Source: an uncultured virus (IMG/VR IMGVR_UViG_3300041405_000400) (taxonomy: Duplodnaviria; Heunggongvirae; Uroviricota; Caudoviricetes). From it: 64,000 nucleotides of DNA. Each line of letters begins with the position of its first letter. Position 1 is the stretch's first letter. Below the pieces are notes generated by a model. It saw only the letters and a program-made list of their open reading frames with translations. It made no database searches and was not told the origin of the DNA. The DNA lies in IMG/VR virus record IMGVR_UViG_3300041405_000400; one strand, written 5' to 3'. A program made the position numbers and the translations under genes. This document shows positions 1-9,350 of the stretch, one piece after another.

Positions 1-209
1 CATAAGGCTCCACTATCCCCGCTGGCCGGTTCTATTGGTGGCTCATTGTCCAGGTCGCCAGTCTTGACCTTGACGTAGATTTGCTCGGGCTCACTCACCT
101 AAGCTGCCATGCTGCGCTACCGCTTACATAGCCTGTCCCTCAGTGCGATTAATCGAAAAAATGGTTAACCAAGTTACCAGAGCAACCGCTTCTGGATTTC
201 AGAAGTTTT

Positions 210-248
210 ATAATAACGATCTAATGGGTAGTTGTCAATGTCATTATT
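210..248 (-). promoter_or_regulatory. sigma70-type promoter, only one half of the palindrome; transcript runs off the left edge
   Basis: Minus strand TTGACA-N17-TATTAT. Confidence 0.55.
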
Positions 249-295
249 GCTTTTTTGTGATGCTTGAGGGAGTCCGGGCAAACTGTATTCGCAAT

Positions 296-328
296 GAAAA
301 AGCCCCAACCTATTGATTGGGGCTTTTC
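296..328 (-). terminator. intrinsic terminator after ssb
   Basis: AAAAGCCCCA-loop-TGGGGCTTTT hairpin flanked by A/T runs. Confidence 0.7.
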
Positions 329-381
329 GTTCAACTGCGAGACTGATATCGTAATCCCAATAATAGGAATGAGAATCAGTA

Positions 382-882
382 TCAAAAAGGAATGTCATCA
401 TCAAAACTGTCAAAGTCAGGTGCGGGTCCTGGCGTTGGAGTTTGCTCACCGGAACCTTGTGGTGCGGTGTTTTGCTTGCCGGTAGTCGATTGTGAAGGAC
501 GTGGAGCGCGCTGCTGTTGCTCACCGCCTTCGCCCGGCTTGCCGCCGCCCAGCAGTTGCATGGTGCCGTTCATGTCTACCACGATTTCAGTGGTGTAACG
601 TTTGACGCCATCTTTTTCCCATTCACGGGTTTGCAGTCGGCCTTCCAGATAGATCTGGGAGCCTTTTTTAACGTACTCGCCAACGATTTCAGCTACTTTA
701 CCGAAGAACACTACGCGGTGCCATTCGGTCTTTTCGACCTTCTGATTGGTTTGCTTGTCAGTCCAGGTTTCGCTAGTTGCAAGGGTCAGGTTGGTGACCT
801 TGCTGCCGTTAGGCATGTCACGAACTTCAGGATCTCCGCCCACATTACCAACCAGAATTACTTTGTTTACGCCACGAGCCAT
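382..882 (-). CDS. ssb: single-stranded DNA-binding protein
   Basis: [33 protein letters not shown]; acidic C-terminal DDDIPF. Confidence 0.97.
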   Translation of the reverse strand: MARGVNKVILVGNVGGDPEVRDMPNGSKVTNLTLATSETWTDKQTNQKVEKTEWHRVVFFGKVAEIVGEYVKKGSQIYLEGRLQTREWEKDGVKRYTTEIVVDMNGTMQLLGGGKPGEGGEQQQRAPRPSQSTTGKQNTAPQGSGEQTPTPGPAPDFDSFDDDIPF

Positions 883-1001
883 GTATATTTCTCTCTTATG
901 TATAATTAATTATCTACTGTACTTTTTACTCCGTTTCCGGAGAACAATACTATTAGATCATTAATGCCTTATTATGTCTAGCGTTATTTCATTAGCACAT
1001 A

Positions 1002-1030
1002 CAAAAAACGCTCCTTTCGGAGCGTTTTTG
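1002..1030 (-). terminator. intrinsic terminator after the Hsp20 gene
   Basis: AAAAAACGCTCC-TTTC-GGAGCGTTTTT. Confidence 0.85.
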
Positions 1031-1031
1031 T

Positions 1032-1445
1032 TTAAGCGTTGATCGCGATGGATCGGGGCTTCTTGTCTTCTGGAATTTCCAGGTCGATGTCGATTGCCAA
1101 AAGGCCATGTTCGAGGGTGGCTTTTTTCACGACAGCGTACTGGTGAAGCACAAATTCCAACTTGAAATTGCGCTTGGCGATGCCTTCGCTTTGGTAAACT
1201 TTGGTTTCATCACGTTGCTGGGTGCCCTCAATGATCAACATGTCATCTTTTTGTTTGATGGAGATGTTGTCCAAGGTGTAACCGGCGACTGCCGCTGTAA
1301 TCCGTACTGAGTTGGACTCTTGATCAAGCACTTCAATGTCGCAAGGCGGGAAACTCGGGCGTTTTGCCAAGCTGTCGATGTGGCTGAACAGCTGATCGAA
1401 GCCAATGAGAAAAGCATGTGGAAGCTGGGAACTACGGGTCATCAT
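1032..1445 (-). CDS. ibpA: small heat-shock protein, Hsp20/IbpA family
   Basis: IGFDQLF, FPPCDI, AVAGY, GIAKRNF, ATLEHGLLAIDI, IPEDKKPRSIAI motifs. Confidence 0.9.
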   Translation of the reverse strand: MMTRSSQLPHAFLIGFDQLFSHIDSLAKRPSFPPCDIEVLDQESNSVRITAAVAGYTLDNISIKQKDDMLIIEGTQQRDETKVYQSEGIAKRNFKLEFVLHQYAVVKKATLEHGLLAIDIDLEIPEDKKPRSIAINA

Positions 1446-1518
1446 TCACTCTCCATGAGCAGTGTGTAATAGTTTAACCGCCTGTGTCAGGCAGTGAACC
1501 CCTCTTTTGAGCGGGAAC
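1446..1518 (-). promoter_or_regulatory. ROSE-like RNA thermometer in the 5' UTR of the Hsp20 gene
   Basis: Three hairpins; the last, CACUGCUC-AUG-GAGAGUG, hides the SD and has a bulged G. Confidence 0.5.
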
Positions 1519-1524
1519 AAATAT

Positions 1525-1553
1525 AATTTAACGTTAACAATGACTTGCGTCAA
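1525..1553 (-). promoter_or_regulatory. sigma70-type promoter of the Hsp20 gene
   Basis: TTGACG-N17-TAAATT. Confidence 0.5.
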
Positions 1554-1657
1554 TACCCTTTGATGATTTTTTTGTAATTTTGTTGCTGCGTTGTTTACTC
1601 AGCGTTTCGTAACGTGATGCACAGCAGCACCCTTTTGTGTAGAATGTCGTCTATTAT

Positions 1658-2521
1658 ATGCTGATGGGTCAGCAGCCAATCAAAGGATATTCAGCCGTGA
1701 CGGAATCGAGACAGAGCATTGTTGAGCCAAGAAATCTGGCCAATGTCCTTCAGCACATGAATGGTGTCATAGAGGCATTCATTGCCCTGCGAGAACAAGA
1801 TGAGCGGGATGAACAGGCCAGTTTTTGGATGGGTATTTTCCAGGAAGAAGCCAAAACCATTGCATCAACATTGGCCGACTTGGGTCTCATTACAAAGGCA
1901 GAAAAGGTCGATGTCCTGAAATCTATTGAATGGACAATGAGCAAGGCAGAGATCAGGGAGATCCAGCAGTACACGACTATGGAGATTGAGGCTTGCATCC
2001 TCTACGGGCACCCAGCGCCCCGGTCAATTAGCTCCGAAGATCGCGATTTGGTAATAGAACTTCAATCGCTGATTGCACAACCAGCCGGTGCCAAACAAAT
2101 ATCCGCAACCATCGATGTATTGGTCAGCCGAGGATTATTGGGAGAAAGCCAGCAGGCGCGCTTGGTCGAGATCGCCCTGCGTAAATCAACCCCACACAAG
2201 CCCTTTGAGGTTCGAACGATTGTGGGTCTTACTGAGGCCGGTCGAGCTAAACTTCTTGATCACATCGCCAGGACTGGAAATGAGACAGAATTGCCTTTTG
2301 AGGACGCTTTCTCCGGGGTGGTGACAATGATCTCATCACAAATGAACAATCCAAATAGAGATTTGGCAGGCGAGCCCTGGTACTGCTCCATCGGCATGGC
2401 TGGAACGACGTTTCCCAAAGGTTTTGATGAGCACGAGACATCTGATTACGAAGAACTATGTTTGTCGTATTACGCTTCAGACTTTCAAATTGAGCATGCC
2501 ATTAAGGAGAAAAGTAAGTGA
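1658..2521 (+). CDS. hypothetical protein
   Basis: 287-aa ORF overlapping the next ORF by 4 nt; exact start uncertain. Confidence 0.7.
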   Translation: MLMGQQPIKGYSAVTESRQSIVEPRNLANVLQHMNGVIEAFIALREQDERDEQASFWMGIFQEEAKTIASTLADLGLITKAEKVDVLKSIEWTMSKAEIREIQQYTTMEIEACILYGHPAPRSISSEDRDLVIELQSLIAQPAGAKQISATIDVLVSRGLLGESQQARLVEIALRKSTPHKPFEVRTIVGLTEAGRAKLLDHIARTGNETELPFEDAFSGVVTMISSQMNNPNRDLAGEPWYCSIGMAGTTFPKGFDEHETSDYEELCLSYYASDFQIEHAIKEKSK

Positions 2522-2742
2522 AAAACGAATTTTGCGATTTGCCACAGGCCGAGATTTTTGCGCTTAACATTCCCCTCGACATGAAGGGTTTTCTGCTCTC
2601 CCCTTTTCATCTTAATCAGCAAAACGGCTACGTATTGGTGCCAGCCGAAGCTTTTAAGGAGCTGATTGATCTCATCACAGAATACGCGATTTTGAAGGAT
2701 GGGCAATCAGAGCCTAATGCCGGTAAGACCATTGCTAGCTAG
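2518..2742 (+). CDS. hypothetical protein
   Basis: AAGGAG RBS; coupled to the upstream stop. Confidence 0.6.
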   Translation: MKNEFCDLPQAEIFALNIPLDMKGFLLSPFHLNQQNGYVLVPAEAFKELIDLITEYAILKDGQSEPNAGKTIAS

Positions 2743-3026
2743 TGGAAAAATACCGATTAGTGAAGATGTTGCCCGTATGATTCAACGCTCCGTCATGGGT
2801 AGCTGGTTTTTTTGTGTTGAGACCCCTGATACAAATGATACGCAAGATAAACAGGTAGGATTATCGCCGGGGCGATGGCAATGATGCTGAAACCGATTAG
2901 ATTACGCATGGTTCTCTCCGAATTCGTTTATTGCTTATTATATATCACGAGCCTCGGTGAAAGTGAACAGAGGTTCCCAGGAGGGAGCAAACCACCGCTG
3001 GGAACTTTCAGGGCGAAGCACTGGCA

Positions 3027-3617
3027 TTATGGGGCTGCATAATGCTCATTGGCAGACTTCTGCTTAATTAGCAGTACATGGGAGCTGGATTGTTCGATCA
3101 GGGCGTTGATCGCGTCGAAGGAGTAGACAGGTGCCCAAATCTCCCTGTCATCACTATCAAAAACGGCCACGGTGTCGTCAATCTTCTTGATGCTCAGCAA
3201 TACTCCGGTCACTGGATTGCGCAGATCCGCGCCGATGGGCATTCCAATGATTTTTCTGACACGGTGTGCATCAGTGAGCAAATGCACCTTATCAAGACCC
3301 TGCTCAATCAAGAACTCCCGACTTACCGGCCCAGTGCTTTTTACCAGACACATGAATCGATCTTCATTGACCATGGTATCTAGGTCAGAAATGTAGAAGC
3401 GCTCACGGGCAAATGCCGGGATCAATGGCACCAGGGCGATTTTGTAATTGTCGCTCACCTTGTCCTGATCTTCATTAATCGCAAACAGCATGTTGGTCGT
3501 TTCATCGCTAGAGCTGACGTAGCGCATGAAGCCCGCATCATTCAAAGGCGAGGCCGGGCCGTAGAAAAACACGTTGCTCGCGCCATGGCGAATAATCAGG
3601 TCTTGTAGATACGACAT
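3027..3617 (-). CDS. hypothetical protein
   Basis: 196-aa ORF with AAGGA RBS. Confidence 0.75.
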   Translation of the reverse strand: MSYLQDLIIRHGASNVFFYGPASPLNDAGFMRYVSSSDETTNMLFAINEDQDKVSDNYKIALVPLIPAFARERFYISDLDTMVNEDRFMCLVKSTGPVSREFLIEQGLDKVHLLTDAHRVRKIIGMPIGADLRNPVTGVLLSIKKIDDTVAVFDSDDREIWAPVYSFDAINALIEQSSSHVLLIKQKSANEHYAAP

Positions 3618-3705
3618 GGATTAATCCTTTCCTTAAGTGTTTGAGTTTTTTTGGTGCCAAAACAATAATCGATGTTCTGTCAGCCGAACACAATATTCGC
3701 CGTGC

Positions 3706-3894
3706 TCACTTGGTCAGTGTCCCATCAGGCCGCAGGTAAATTGAAGAGTCAATCGTTCTTTTCTTATCGCACTTAATGCACTGAATGTCCTGGTAGCTCC
3801 ACAGCGCAACGCCGAAGAACCTCAAGGGCCATCGGCGGACTTCTTTATATCGGTGATCACATCCAAAGAGTTTGAAATACTTAAATATTTTCAT
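3706..3894 (-). CDS. small Cys/His hypothetical protein
   Basis: GCDH..CIKC; tightly packed in the operon. Confidence 0.55.
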   Translation of the reverse strand: MKIFKYFKLFGCDHRYKEVRRWPLRFFGVALWSYQDIQCIKCDKKRTIDSSIYLRPDGTLTK

Positions 3895-3898
3895 GGTT

Positions 3899-4183
3899 CT
3901 AGTCTTTTGGTGGAATTGGGACTGTCAACTGAGCGTGGATTTGTCCGGTGATTCTTTTCTTGGAACTACGAGTGTTCCATGCCTGCACGGCTTTCAGCAA
4001 ATCCCTCCTGAGAAAGGCCGTGCCTCTTGCATCACACGAGTCACATTCAACCCATGTATCTCGCCAATTGCAATTGGGGGAAGAATCGCCGCCACAAAAT
4101 GGGCAGGGTTTGATGTCATGATATGGCATCAAAGTTGTAGTAAACATCAACAGCATTACAATCGCTCCAATTGCGCTTGACAC
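3899..4183 (-). CDS. Lar-family restriction-alleviation-like zinc-ribbon protein (start may be 4129)
   Basis: KPCPFCGG...WVECDSCDARG...AVQAWNTR pattern. Confidence 0.75.
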   Translation of the reverse strand: MSSAIGAIVMLLMFTTTLMPYHDIKPCPFCGGDSSPNCNWRDTWVECDSCDARGTAFLRRDLLKAVQAWNTRSSKKRITGQIHAQLTVPIPPKD

Positions 4184-4187
4184 CGAA

Positions 4188-4580
4188 TCAATGAGTTACC
4201 AGAAGGTTTTGCAGTTCTTCTACAGGCATTTTCACCAGCAGACCGGCATCCTTGCGATCCGTTAGAACCTTCGCATCCAGGCTCTTTTCCTGCATTTCTT
4301 TAAACCAATCACGCGGAATCTTGAAATCCAGCACGATGGCATAATCAAAGGAAGTAAACTCTTCTTCAGTGGTAAACCATTTGCTCATGTGCTCGTTCCA
4401 GATCAGATCGCACTGTGAAAATCTCTCCCGCTTCAACTCCTTATAGTGAGCCTGAGCGCTGTCGAAACCTTTCTTCATGCATTCAAGAATGGATACAGCG
4501 TTAACCAATCCCCAAGCGACAAAGCCCTGCCCTACACCGACGACTTGCTTATCTTTAACGAAATATACAGCGGTATTCAT
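4188..4580 (-). CDS. hypothetical protein
   Basis: 130-aa ORF with GGAG RBS. Confidence 0.7.
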   Translation of the reverse strand: MNTAVYFVKDKQVVGVGQGFVAWGLVNAVSILECMKKGFDSAQAHYKELKRERFSQCDLIWNEHMSKWFTTEEEFTSFDYAIVLDFKIPRDWFKEMQEKSLDAKVLTDRKDAGLLVKMPVEELQNLLVTH

Positions 4581-4639
4581 TACACACTCCGATATTGTAT
4601 GGGATGTGACCCTCTCCGGATCACTCCTGAAACGTTGGT

Positions 4640-4978
4640 TTAGGGGCGAGAGTGAACCGCCGCCTGCTCTTGCATGGACTTCAGCATCGAGGAAAACTCA
4701 GCCAGGGTTTTCGGAATTGGTTCTTCAATACCGTTCAGGCGGCTAACAGCCCAACGGTTGAAGCCTCCCTGCTTGGCCATTGTCACAGTGTTGTGGATGC
4801 CAATCATGAAGCGGAACTGATGATCGCCAAAGTAAAAGTCGCGAGTCGAACCCCTGCTGAAGTGGGAGGGCTTCATGCCATTGATACGAAGCCAGTGCCG
4901 CCATTGCTTCGGCAATTTCACGCCTTGATCTTCATGACTTGGCACTTTGTATTTGCGCGTAGTCAGGTGATTAGTCAT
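4640..4978 (-). CDS. hypothetical basic protein
   Basis: Start MTNHL follows AGGAGA and overlaps the upstream stop. Confidence 0.65.
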   Translation of the reverse strand: MTNHLTTRKYKVPSHEDQGVKLPKQWRHWLRINGMKPSHFSRGSTRDFYFGDHQFRFMIGIHNTVTMAKQGGFNRWAVSRLNGIEEPIPKTLAEFSSMLKSMQEQAAVHSRP

Positions 4979-5516
4979 GTTGATAGTCTCCTGTCCATGG
5001 CTGGATGTCTTGTTTGTTAACCAGCATGTAGGGCTGGTCATCGATCAGTTTTTGAATCGCAATGCGGCGCGGGGATACCCGATCTTTAATACCCATGCGA
5101 TCCATGGTGGCCAGCGTCAACTTTTCACTCGGTAGGTACATGACTGGATCAATACCAAAACCATCTTCCAGGCAGGCGCACAGTTCACCTGTGATGTCGC
5201 CGTAGTAGACCTTGATCACATCACCTTGAACGACGCCCAGACGCACTTCCCAGATGATTTCTGCACCGAGTGGATATTCGCCTTTGCGCAAGGCTTCGAT
5301 TTTCCAGCGGACATCAACCATAGGCTCACCGTCGAGTTTGATGATGGCATCCTCTACGATACGCCCCTCGCCTGCCTCCAGTGCCTTGTGAATGATGATT
5401 TCATCCGGTGTGCCATTAACTTCCCGAATGTCTGGGCCGTCAATAACCTGAAGGTTTGGAATGCCAAAACGCTGATATTCTTCGCGTTTTGAAGGGTTTG
5501 AGGTGACGATTAGCAT
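4971..5516 (-). CDS. HAM1/ITPase-family non-canonical NTP pyrophosphatase
   Basis: VTSNPSK, VEDA, GFGIDP, SPRRIA (SHR-like) motifs. Confidence 0.85.
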   Translation of the reverse strand: MLIVTSNPSKREEYQRFGIPNLQVIDGPDIREVNGTPDEIIIHKALEAGEGRIVEDAIIKLDGEPMVDVRWKIEALRKGEYPLGAEIIWEVRLGVVQGDVIKVYYGDITGELCACLEDGFGIDPVMYLPSEKLTLATMDRMGIKDRVSPRRIAIQKLIDDQPYMLVNKQDIQPWTGDYQHD

Positions 5517-5791
5517 GTGCTGTCCTTTCCATCTTGTCTTGCCTGATTGTTGATAATGTCGGTCACATTACCGTTCACATGGAGCGTCAGCTCATCGCCA
5601 TCCCCCATGATGATGGAGAACTCAATGTCCTTCATCAACGTTGTTCCGGTCGCTTGCATGGATGCTTTTTCGTTCAGCCATGTTTTGTCGTGAGCAATTA
5701 CGTCGTCGAGGTCCAGAGTCATTTGAAATGAAATGCTTCCATCGGGAAACACATCATGAACCTCCCCGTTTTGGAAAGTGTGGCTCATCAT
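5510..5791 (-). CDS. hypothetical protein (probable paralogue of 6115..6411)
   Basis: Coupled ORF with a similar hydrophobic pattern. Confidence 0.65.
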   Translation of the reverse strand: MMSHTFQNGEVHDVFPDGSISFQMTLDLDDVIAHDKTWLNEKASMQATGTTLMKDIEFSIIMGDGDELTLHVNGNVTDIINNQARQDGKDSTC

Positions 5792-6105
5792 TCTGATTCT
5801 GTTCCTTCAGGATAAACATCCATAGGAACCTTTCTCCAACCATTCCACCAATTAGTGCCTCGATAATTGAACCACACGGAGCCGTCTTCGCAAATCCCGG
5901 TAATGTAGTAGCCATGATCGTCTGTGGTGGTGCTGATTTCTTTAAACGATTTGCAGCCCGAGTCACGCAGACTCTTTGGCTGTGCGGCAGGAGCGGTATC
6001 AGCCTTAAAGCGTGGCTGATTATCACTTGAACTGCGGAACGTCTCTGCGTTGGCCTGGGAGGCGCACAGGATGGCAAGCAGGCAGGTGGCGAGAATGCGT
6101 TTCAT
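5788..6105 (-). CDS. secreted hypothetical protein
   Basis: Signal peptide MKRILATCLLAILCASQANA; AAGGAG RBS. Confidence 0.75.
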   Translation of the reverse strand: MKRILATCLLAILCASQANAETFRSSSDNQPRFKADTAPAAQPKSLRDSGCKSFKEISTTTDDHGYYITGICEDGSVWFNYRGTNWWNGWRKVPMDVYPEGTESE

Positions 6106-6114
6106 GAAATCTCC

Positions 6115-6411
6115 TTAAAGTACGAATTGGGGTTGATCGATGACTTGAATTTTTCCGGCACTTACCATTTCTTTGATGCTCCCCTTGATGGACAGGGTAA
6201 TCAGGCCGTCTTCTCCCACATGGGAGGCGGTCACCGATTCGAAGGCGAACAAATCGTTGCCGAAGACGTTCTGACTCACGCTTTTGTTGAAATCTTCCCG
6301 GCTCAATTCAAGCATACGCTCAGCAGACAAGCTGACGCTGAATTCGACCTTCTTGTTCGCTTTGACGATGATCTGTCCAGCGGCGGTGATGACAACTTTG
6401 GTTTTGTTCAT
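6115..6411 (-). CDS. hypothetical protein
   Basis: Start MNKTK is coupled to the upstream TGA. Confidence 0.65.
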   Translation of the reverse strand: MNKTKVVITAAGQIIVKANKKVEFSVSLSAERMLELSREDFNKSVSQNVFGNDLFAFESVTASHVGEDGLITLSIKGSIKEMVSAGKIQVIDQPQFVL

Positions 6412-6626
6412 GAGTCTGATTCCTTGATTTTGGGCTCGGTATTTTTTGCCACTGTTCGGAAGAAAAGCCCTCCGAACAGATGAATGCGGCCAGCGGGGTG
6501 GTGTTGTTTCGATCTGTCTGCTATCCACCAATGCTCAACCCGCCAGAAAGCCGCTTGCCTAATGCACACAGTGGGCACCAGCACCCATTCTGGATACGGC
6601 GCTGGTTTTTCTATCCCGGCTTTCAC
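6408..6626 (-). CDS. hypothetical protein
   Basis: Overlaps both neighbours by 4 nt. Confidence 0.6.
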   Translation of the reverse strand: MKAGIEKPAPYPEWVLVPTVCIRQAAFWRVEHWWIADRSKQHHPAGRIHLFGGLFFRTVAKNTEPKIKESDS

Positions 6627-7159
6627 ACTGAAAGCCCGACGCTGGCCATGATTGCTCGCTCGATCAAATAGGGCTTGTAGATGAAAAACTGTTCTTTACC
6701 CGTGGACGCATGCTTAAGTGCTTCATTGCCGCACAGAGATGCGCCGATCAAGTTGACTTCGAATCGAGCCTTATCGCCTTCGCCGTCAATCAAGCAGATC
6801 CGGCGAAGACCGGGGGTTCCGATCAGATGGATTTCTCGCCAGCTTTCTACAGCCTTGACTTGAAGATATTGATCGCCGGGCAGAACCAGCGGCGTCTTGA
6901 ACTCGCAAGCCTTAATGACAATGGTCAGCCACTCTCTCAGCTCTTTTTGTTTCTCGACAGAAAGGGCCGCTTTGAATTTTTCCGTGCCCTTCTCTAGCTG
7001 GTATTCGCAATATCCTGCGACCACGAGCTGCTGGGATGAGGTGACAGAGGTGGAATGCATGCCGCTTTCGGCTTTCAGAGCGAGGCCACGATCAACGTAG
7101 CTGAGAAGAATTGGGTCGGCGCAGGCCAATACACTGATTTGCTCGTTAGCGTCGCTCAT
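6623..7159 (-). CDS. hypothetical protein, paralogue family A
   Basis: Start MSDANEQ lies after the AGGGGG RBS and downstream of the promoter at 7184-7222. Confidence 0.75.
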   Translation of the reverse strand: MSDANEQISVLACADPILLSYVDRGLALKAESGMHSTSVTSSQQLVVAGYCEYQLEKGTEKFKAALSVEKQKELREWLTIVIKACEFKTPLVLPGDQYLQVKAVESWREIHLIGTPGLRRICLIDGEGDKARFEVNLIGASLCGNEALKHASTGKEQFFIYKPYLIERAIMASVGLSV

Positions 7160-7183
7160 GCAATCCCCCTGTTTAATGAGCGA

Positions 7184-7222
7184 ATTATACGTAAGCCTTG
7201 TCTTCGTGTCAATATCATTGAC
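7184..7222 (-). promoter_or_regulatory. sigma70 promoter with GTCA-N7-TGAC palindrome
   Basis: TTGACA-N17-TATAAT; plus strand GTCAATATCATTGAC at 7208-7222. Confidence 0.9.
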
Positions 7223-7250
7223 TTCGATAATTAATTGAAAAATATCGTAC

Positions 7251-8093
7251 CTAAAGGGTTGCTGGTTTGTACTTTTTATCAAACCGCTGCAAGTGCTCGT
7301 GCATGCGCCGACGCTCAGCATCGACCTGCTGGCAGGCCTGTGGCAGTCTTTTGCCAACAAACGCCTCATGCATCAGTTCAGGCGCAGGCAGAGCCTTCAG
7401 GAAGTCGATTCCCCATTTGCAATAAAGCATGCGCCCTTCGTTGCCCAGGCAAAGTCCAATGATGGACTCACACAGTTTTGAGGTGTTCTTTGACCAGCCC
7501 TCTGCCTCCAGTATTTCGGTCAGGTAGGCACGAACAAACCGGACGCACAAGGTAATGCGGTTCAGCTCATTACGCTTGTCGGCCTTGTAGGGGGCGTAGA
7601 AATTGTGAAGGCGCGAGCGCAGGCACAGGATTGGGTTGATAACCGGCACTTGAATTCCCCTCATCGGCAGCAGCTCAATGCCATCAAGGATCTCTTTGCG
7701 ATCAAGGCCACCGACTTCGTGCAGGATATCAATGATCACTTCGCGGCCAGTCTTGTCTATGACGCAGGTGGTCATGGCCAAATTGACGGTGATATCGAAG
7801 TTCTGCGGGCGCTTGAAAGGAATGCCGAGCTTTGACTCGCAGAATTCGATGGAGCTTTTCACACCATAAAAATCGAGGTCGTCACTGTAGGCAGCCTGGA
7901 ACTCGACAGCGCGCTTTTCAGTCAGCAAGTACCGGGCGTACCAAAAAGCCAGGGCCTGTCCACCGACGACAATCAGTTGGTGATTGTTCACCACATCCAC
8001 TATGTCCGCGTCCTTGTAAATGCTTTCCACAAGGTCTTGGAAGTCCTGGAAATTGGCGAGGTAGTCAGTTTCGTCGAGTAGATCCCGACTCAT
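7251..8093 (-). CDS. Pol-beta-superfamily nucleotidyltransferase-like protein (possible toxin)
   Basis: IVVGGQALAFW and SDDLDFY motifs, later IDIL; helical C-terminus. Confidence 0.7.
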   Translation of the reverse strand: MSRDLLDETDYLANFQDFQDLVESIYKDADIVDVVNNHQLIVVGGQALAFWYARYLLTEKRAVEFQAAYSDDLDFYGVKSSIEFCESKLGIPFKRPQNFDITVNLAMTTCVIDKTGREVIIDILHEVGGLDRKEILDGIELLPMRGIQVPVINPILCLRSRLHNFYAPYKADKRNELNRITLCVRFVRAYLTEILEAEGWSKNTSKLCESIIGLCLGNEGRMLYCKWGIDFLKALPAPELMHEAFVGKRLPQACQQVDAERRRMHEHLQRFDKKYKPATL

Positions 8094-8293
8094 GCATGAC
8101 TACCGAAAACGAAGCGCTTGCTCTTTCCGAACTCAGAGGCAATGCGCTGACACGCAGCGCTGGAGCGCTCGTTGATGGCTTCGCGTTCTTCGTCGCTCAG
8201 GTTGCGCAGGCTTTCGAACTTTCGCTCCCCTTCCGACTGCTTGTGAGCCATCAGTTGGGCGAAGCTGGAGGATTCTACTTGTCGAAGCTGCAT
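8090..8293 (-). CDS. small helical protein coupled to the nucleotidyltransferase (possible antitoxin)
   Basis: ATGA overlap with the downstream gene; AGGTG RBS. Confidence 0.65.
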   Translation of the reverse strand: MQLRQVESSSFAQLMAHKQSEGERKFESLRNLSDEEREAINERSSAACQRIASEFGKSKRFVFGSHA

Positions 8294-8402
8294 AAGTCAC
8301 CTGATCAGCCAGTAGGTTTCGATATACGAAGAATACCAAAAGGTGGAGCAAAACACAAGGAACGCTTGATTTAGAGCCGTTCCTCGTGTACGGATTTGCT
8401 TA

Positions 8403-8999
8403 TCAAGCGGCCAGAAGCTGCTCGAATCGAACTTGATAAAACCCGCGAAAAACGCCACTGTTTCCAAAAGTGCGCTCAGTGCGAACGACCTTCTGACCTG
8501 TCATGTTTTCGAATTTCAGCACCACCTCATCGTAGTGGGCCTGAAGTTGGGCGAGGTTTGATTTGTAATCGTGGGCAATATTTCCCTTATCGACTTCGGC
8601 CTGGATATCGAAAATGCCACGAGAGACTTCGGCCAAATAGGTCGAAAGGGCCTTCATTTCGAAATTGACGACGCCTCGCTCCATTTCGGCCTTAAGGTGA
8701 TCATCGCTTTTGATGTCACGCTCGACGGACATGTTCAGACCATTGGCGCGTGGATACTGGTTATGCCAGACGTTGCCCTCTGCATCAGCAAAGATGAAGC
8801 CGTCTTCGTTTTTTACGTCACCTGCCTCACCAGCTACCTTGTGGTGCTCCTTGCAGGTCAGCATCAGGATGTCGATGCCAACGAGCTTGTGCTCCCAGGG
8901 ATAATAGGTAAAAAAGCCGATTCCATCGGCGGTGCTGAAATTGCCTCTCTCAAATTTCACATGCACGAAAGGAACCTGACTGCCCACTTCAAAACGCAT
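8403..8999 (-). CDS. hypothetical protein, paralogue of 35068..35673
   Basis: Shared RFEVG, PWEHKL and WHNQYP motifs. Confidence 0.8.
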   Translation of the reverse strand: MRFEVGSQVPFVHVKFERGNFSTADGIGFFTYYPWEHKLVGIDILMLTCKEHHKVAGEAGDVKNEDGFIFADAEGNVWHNQYPRANGLNMSVERDIKSDDHLKAEMERGVVNFEMKALSTYLAEVSRGIFDIQAEVDKGNIAHDYKSNLAQLQAHYDEVVLKFENMTGQKVVRTERTFGNSGVFRGFYQVRFEQLLAA

Positions 9000-9029
9000 T
9001 GGAATGACCCTACTGAATGATTTGGTTGA

Positions 9030-9068
9030 ATTATAGTCATTCCATTCGAATTTGTCAACATGATTGAC
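9030..9068 (-). promoter_or_regulatory. sigma70 promoter with palindrome
   Basis: TTGACA-N17-TATAAT; GTCAACATGATTGAC at 9054-9068. Confidence 0.88.
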
Positions 9069-9350
9069 TTCCTTGGCCTCGCACTTGAGCTATACCACAC
9101 GATACGAGACTGTAATCTGAGTAAAAGATGAAAAGACGGAGTTTCCGCCGTCTCTTTTCTGACATTAAGACCGCGTATGGGCTGACATCAGTTCTTCAAA
9201 CACCGCGTTTGGCCCCATGGCAATGACACTTGTGATTGTTGACTCTTCAACACCAGCATTGCGCAACATGCGTTCATTACAAGCCTGGGTTGACCTCTTT
9301 GAACATGGGTGCGCATTAAAAACCCAGCCATCAGCTAGGTTTTTACTTAC

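Noticed and set aside
7160..7369. N-terminal extensions of ORF-track calls (6623..7369; also 39075..40673, 62145..62795, 33201..33674)
   Set aside because: The extensions run through promoter/palindrome sites, and downstream ATGs have better RBSs.
9070..9345. Gap between two terminator-like hairpins as an ncRNA
   Set aside because: No promoter and little structure. It contains a short ORF-like remnant (MLRNAGVEES...) that I cannot support either way.
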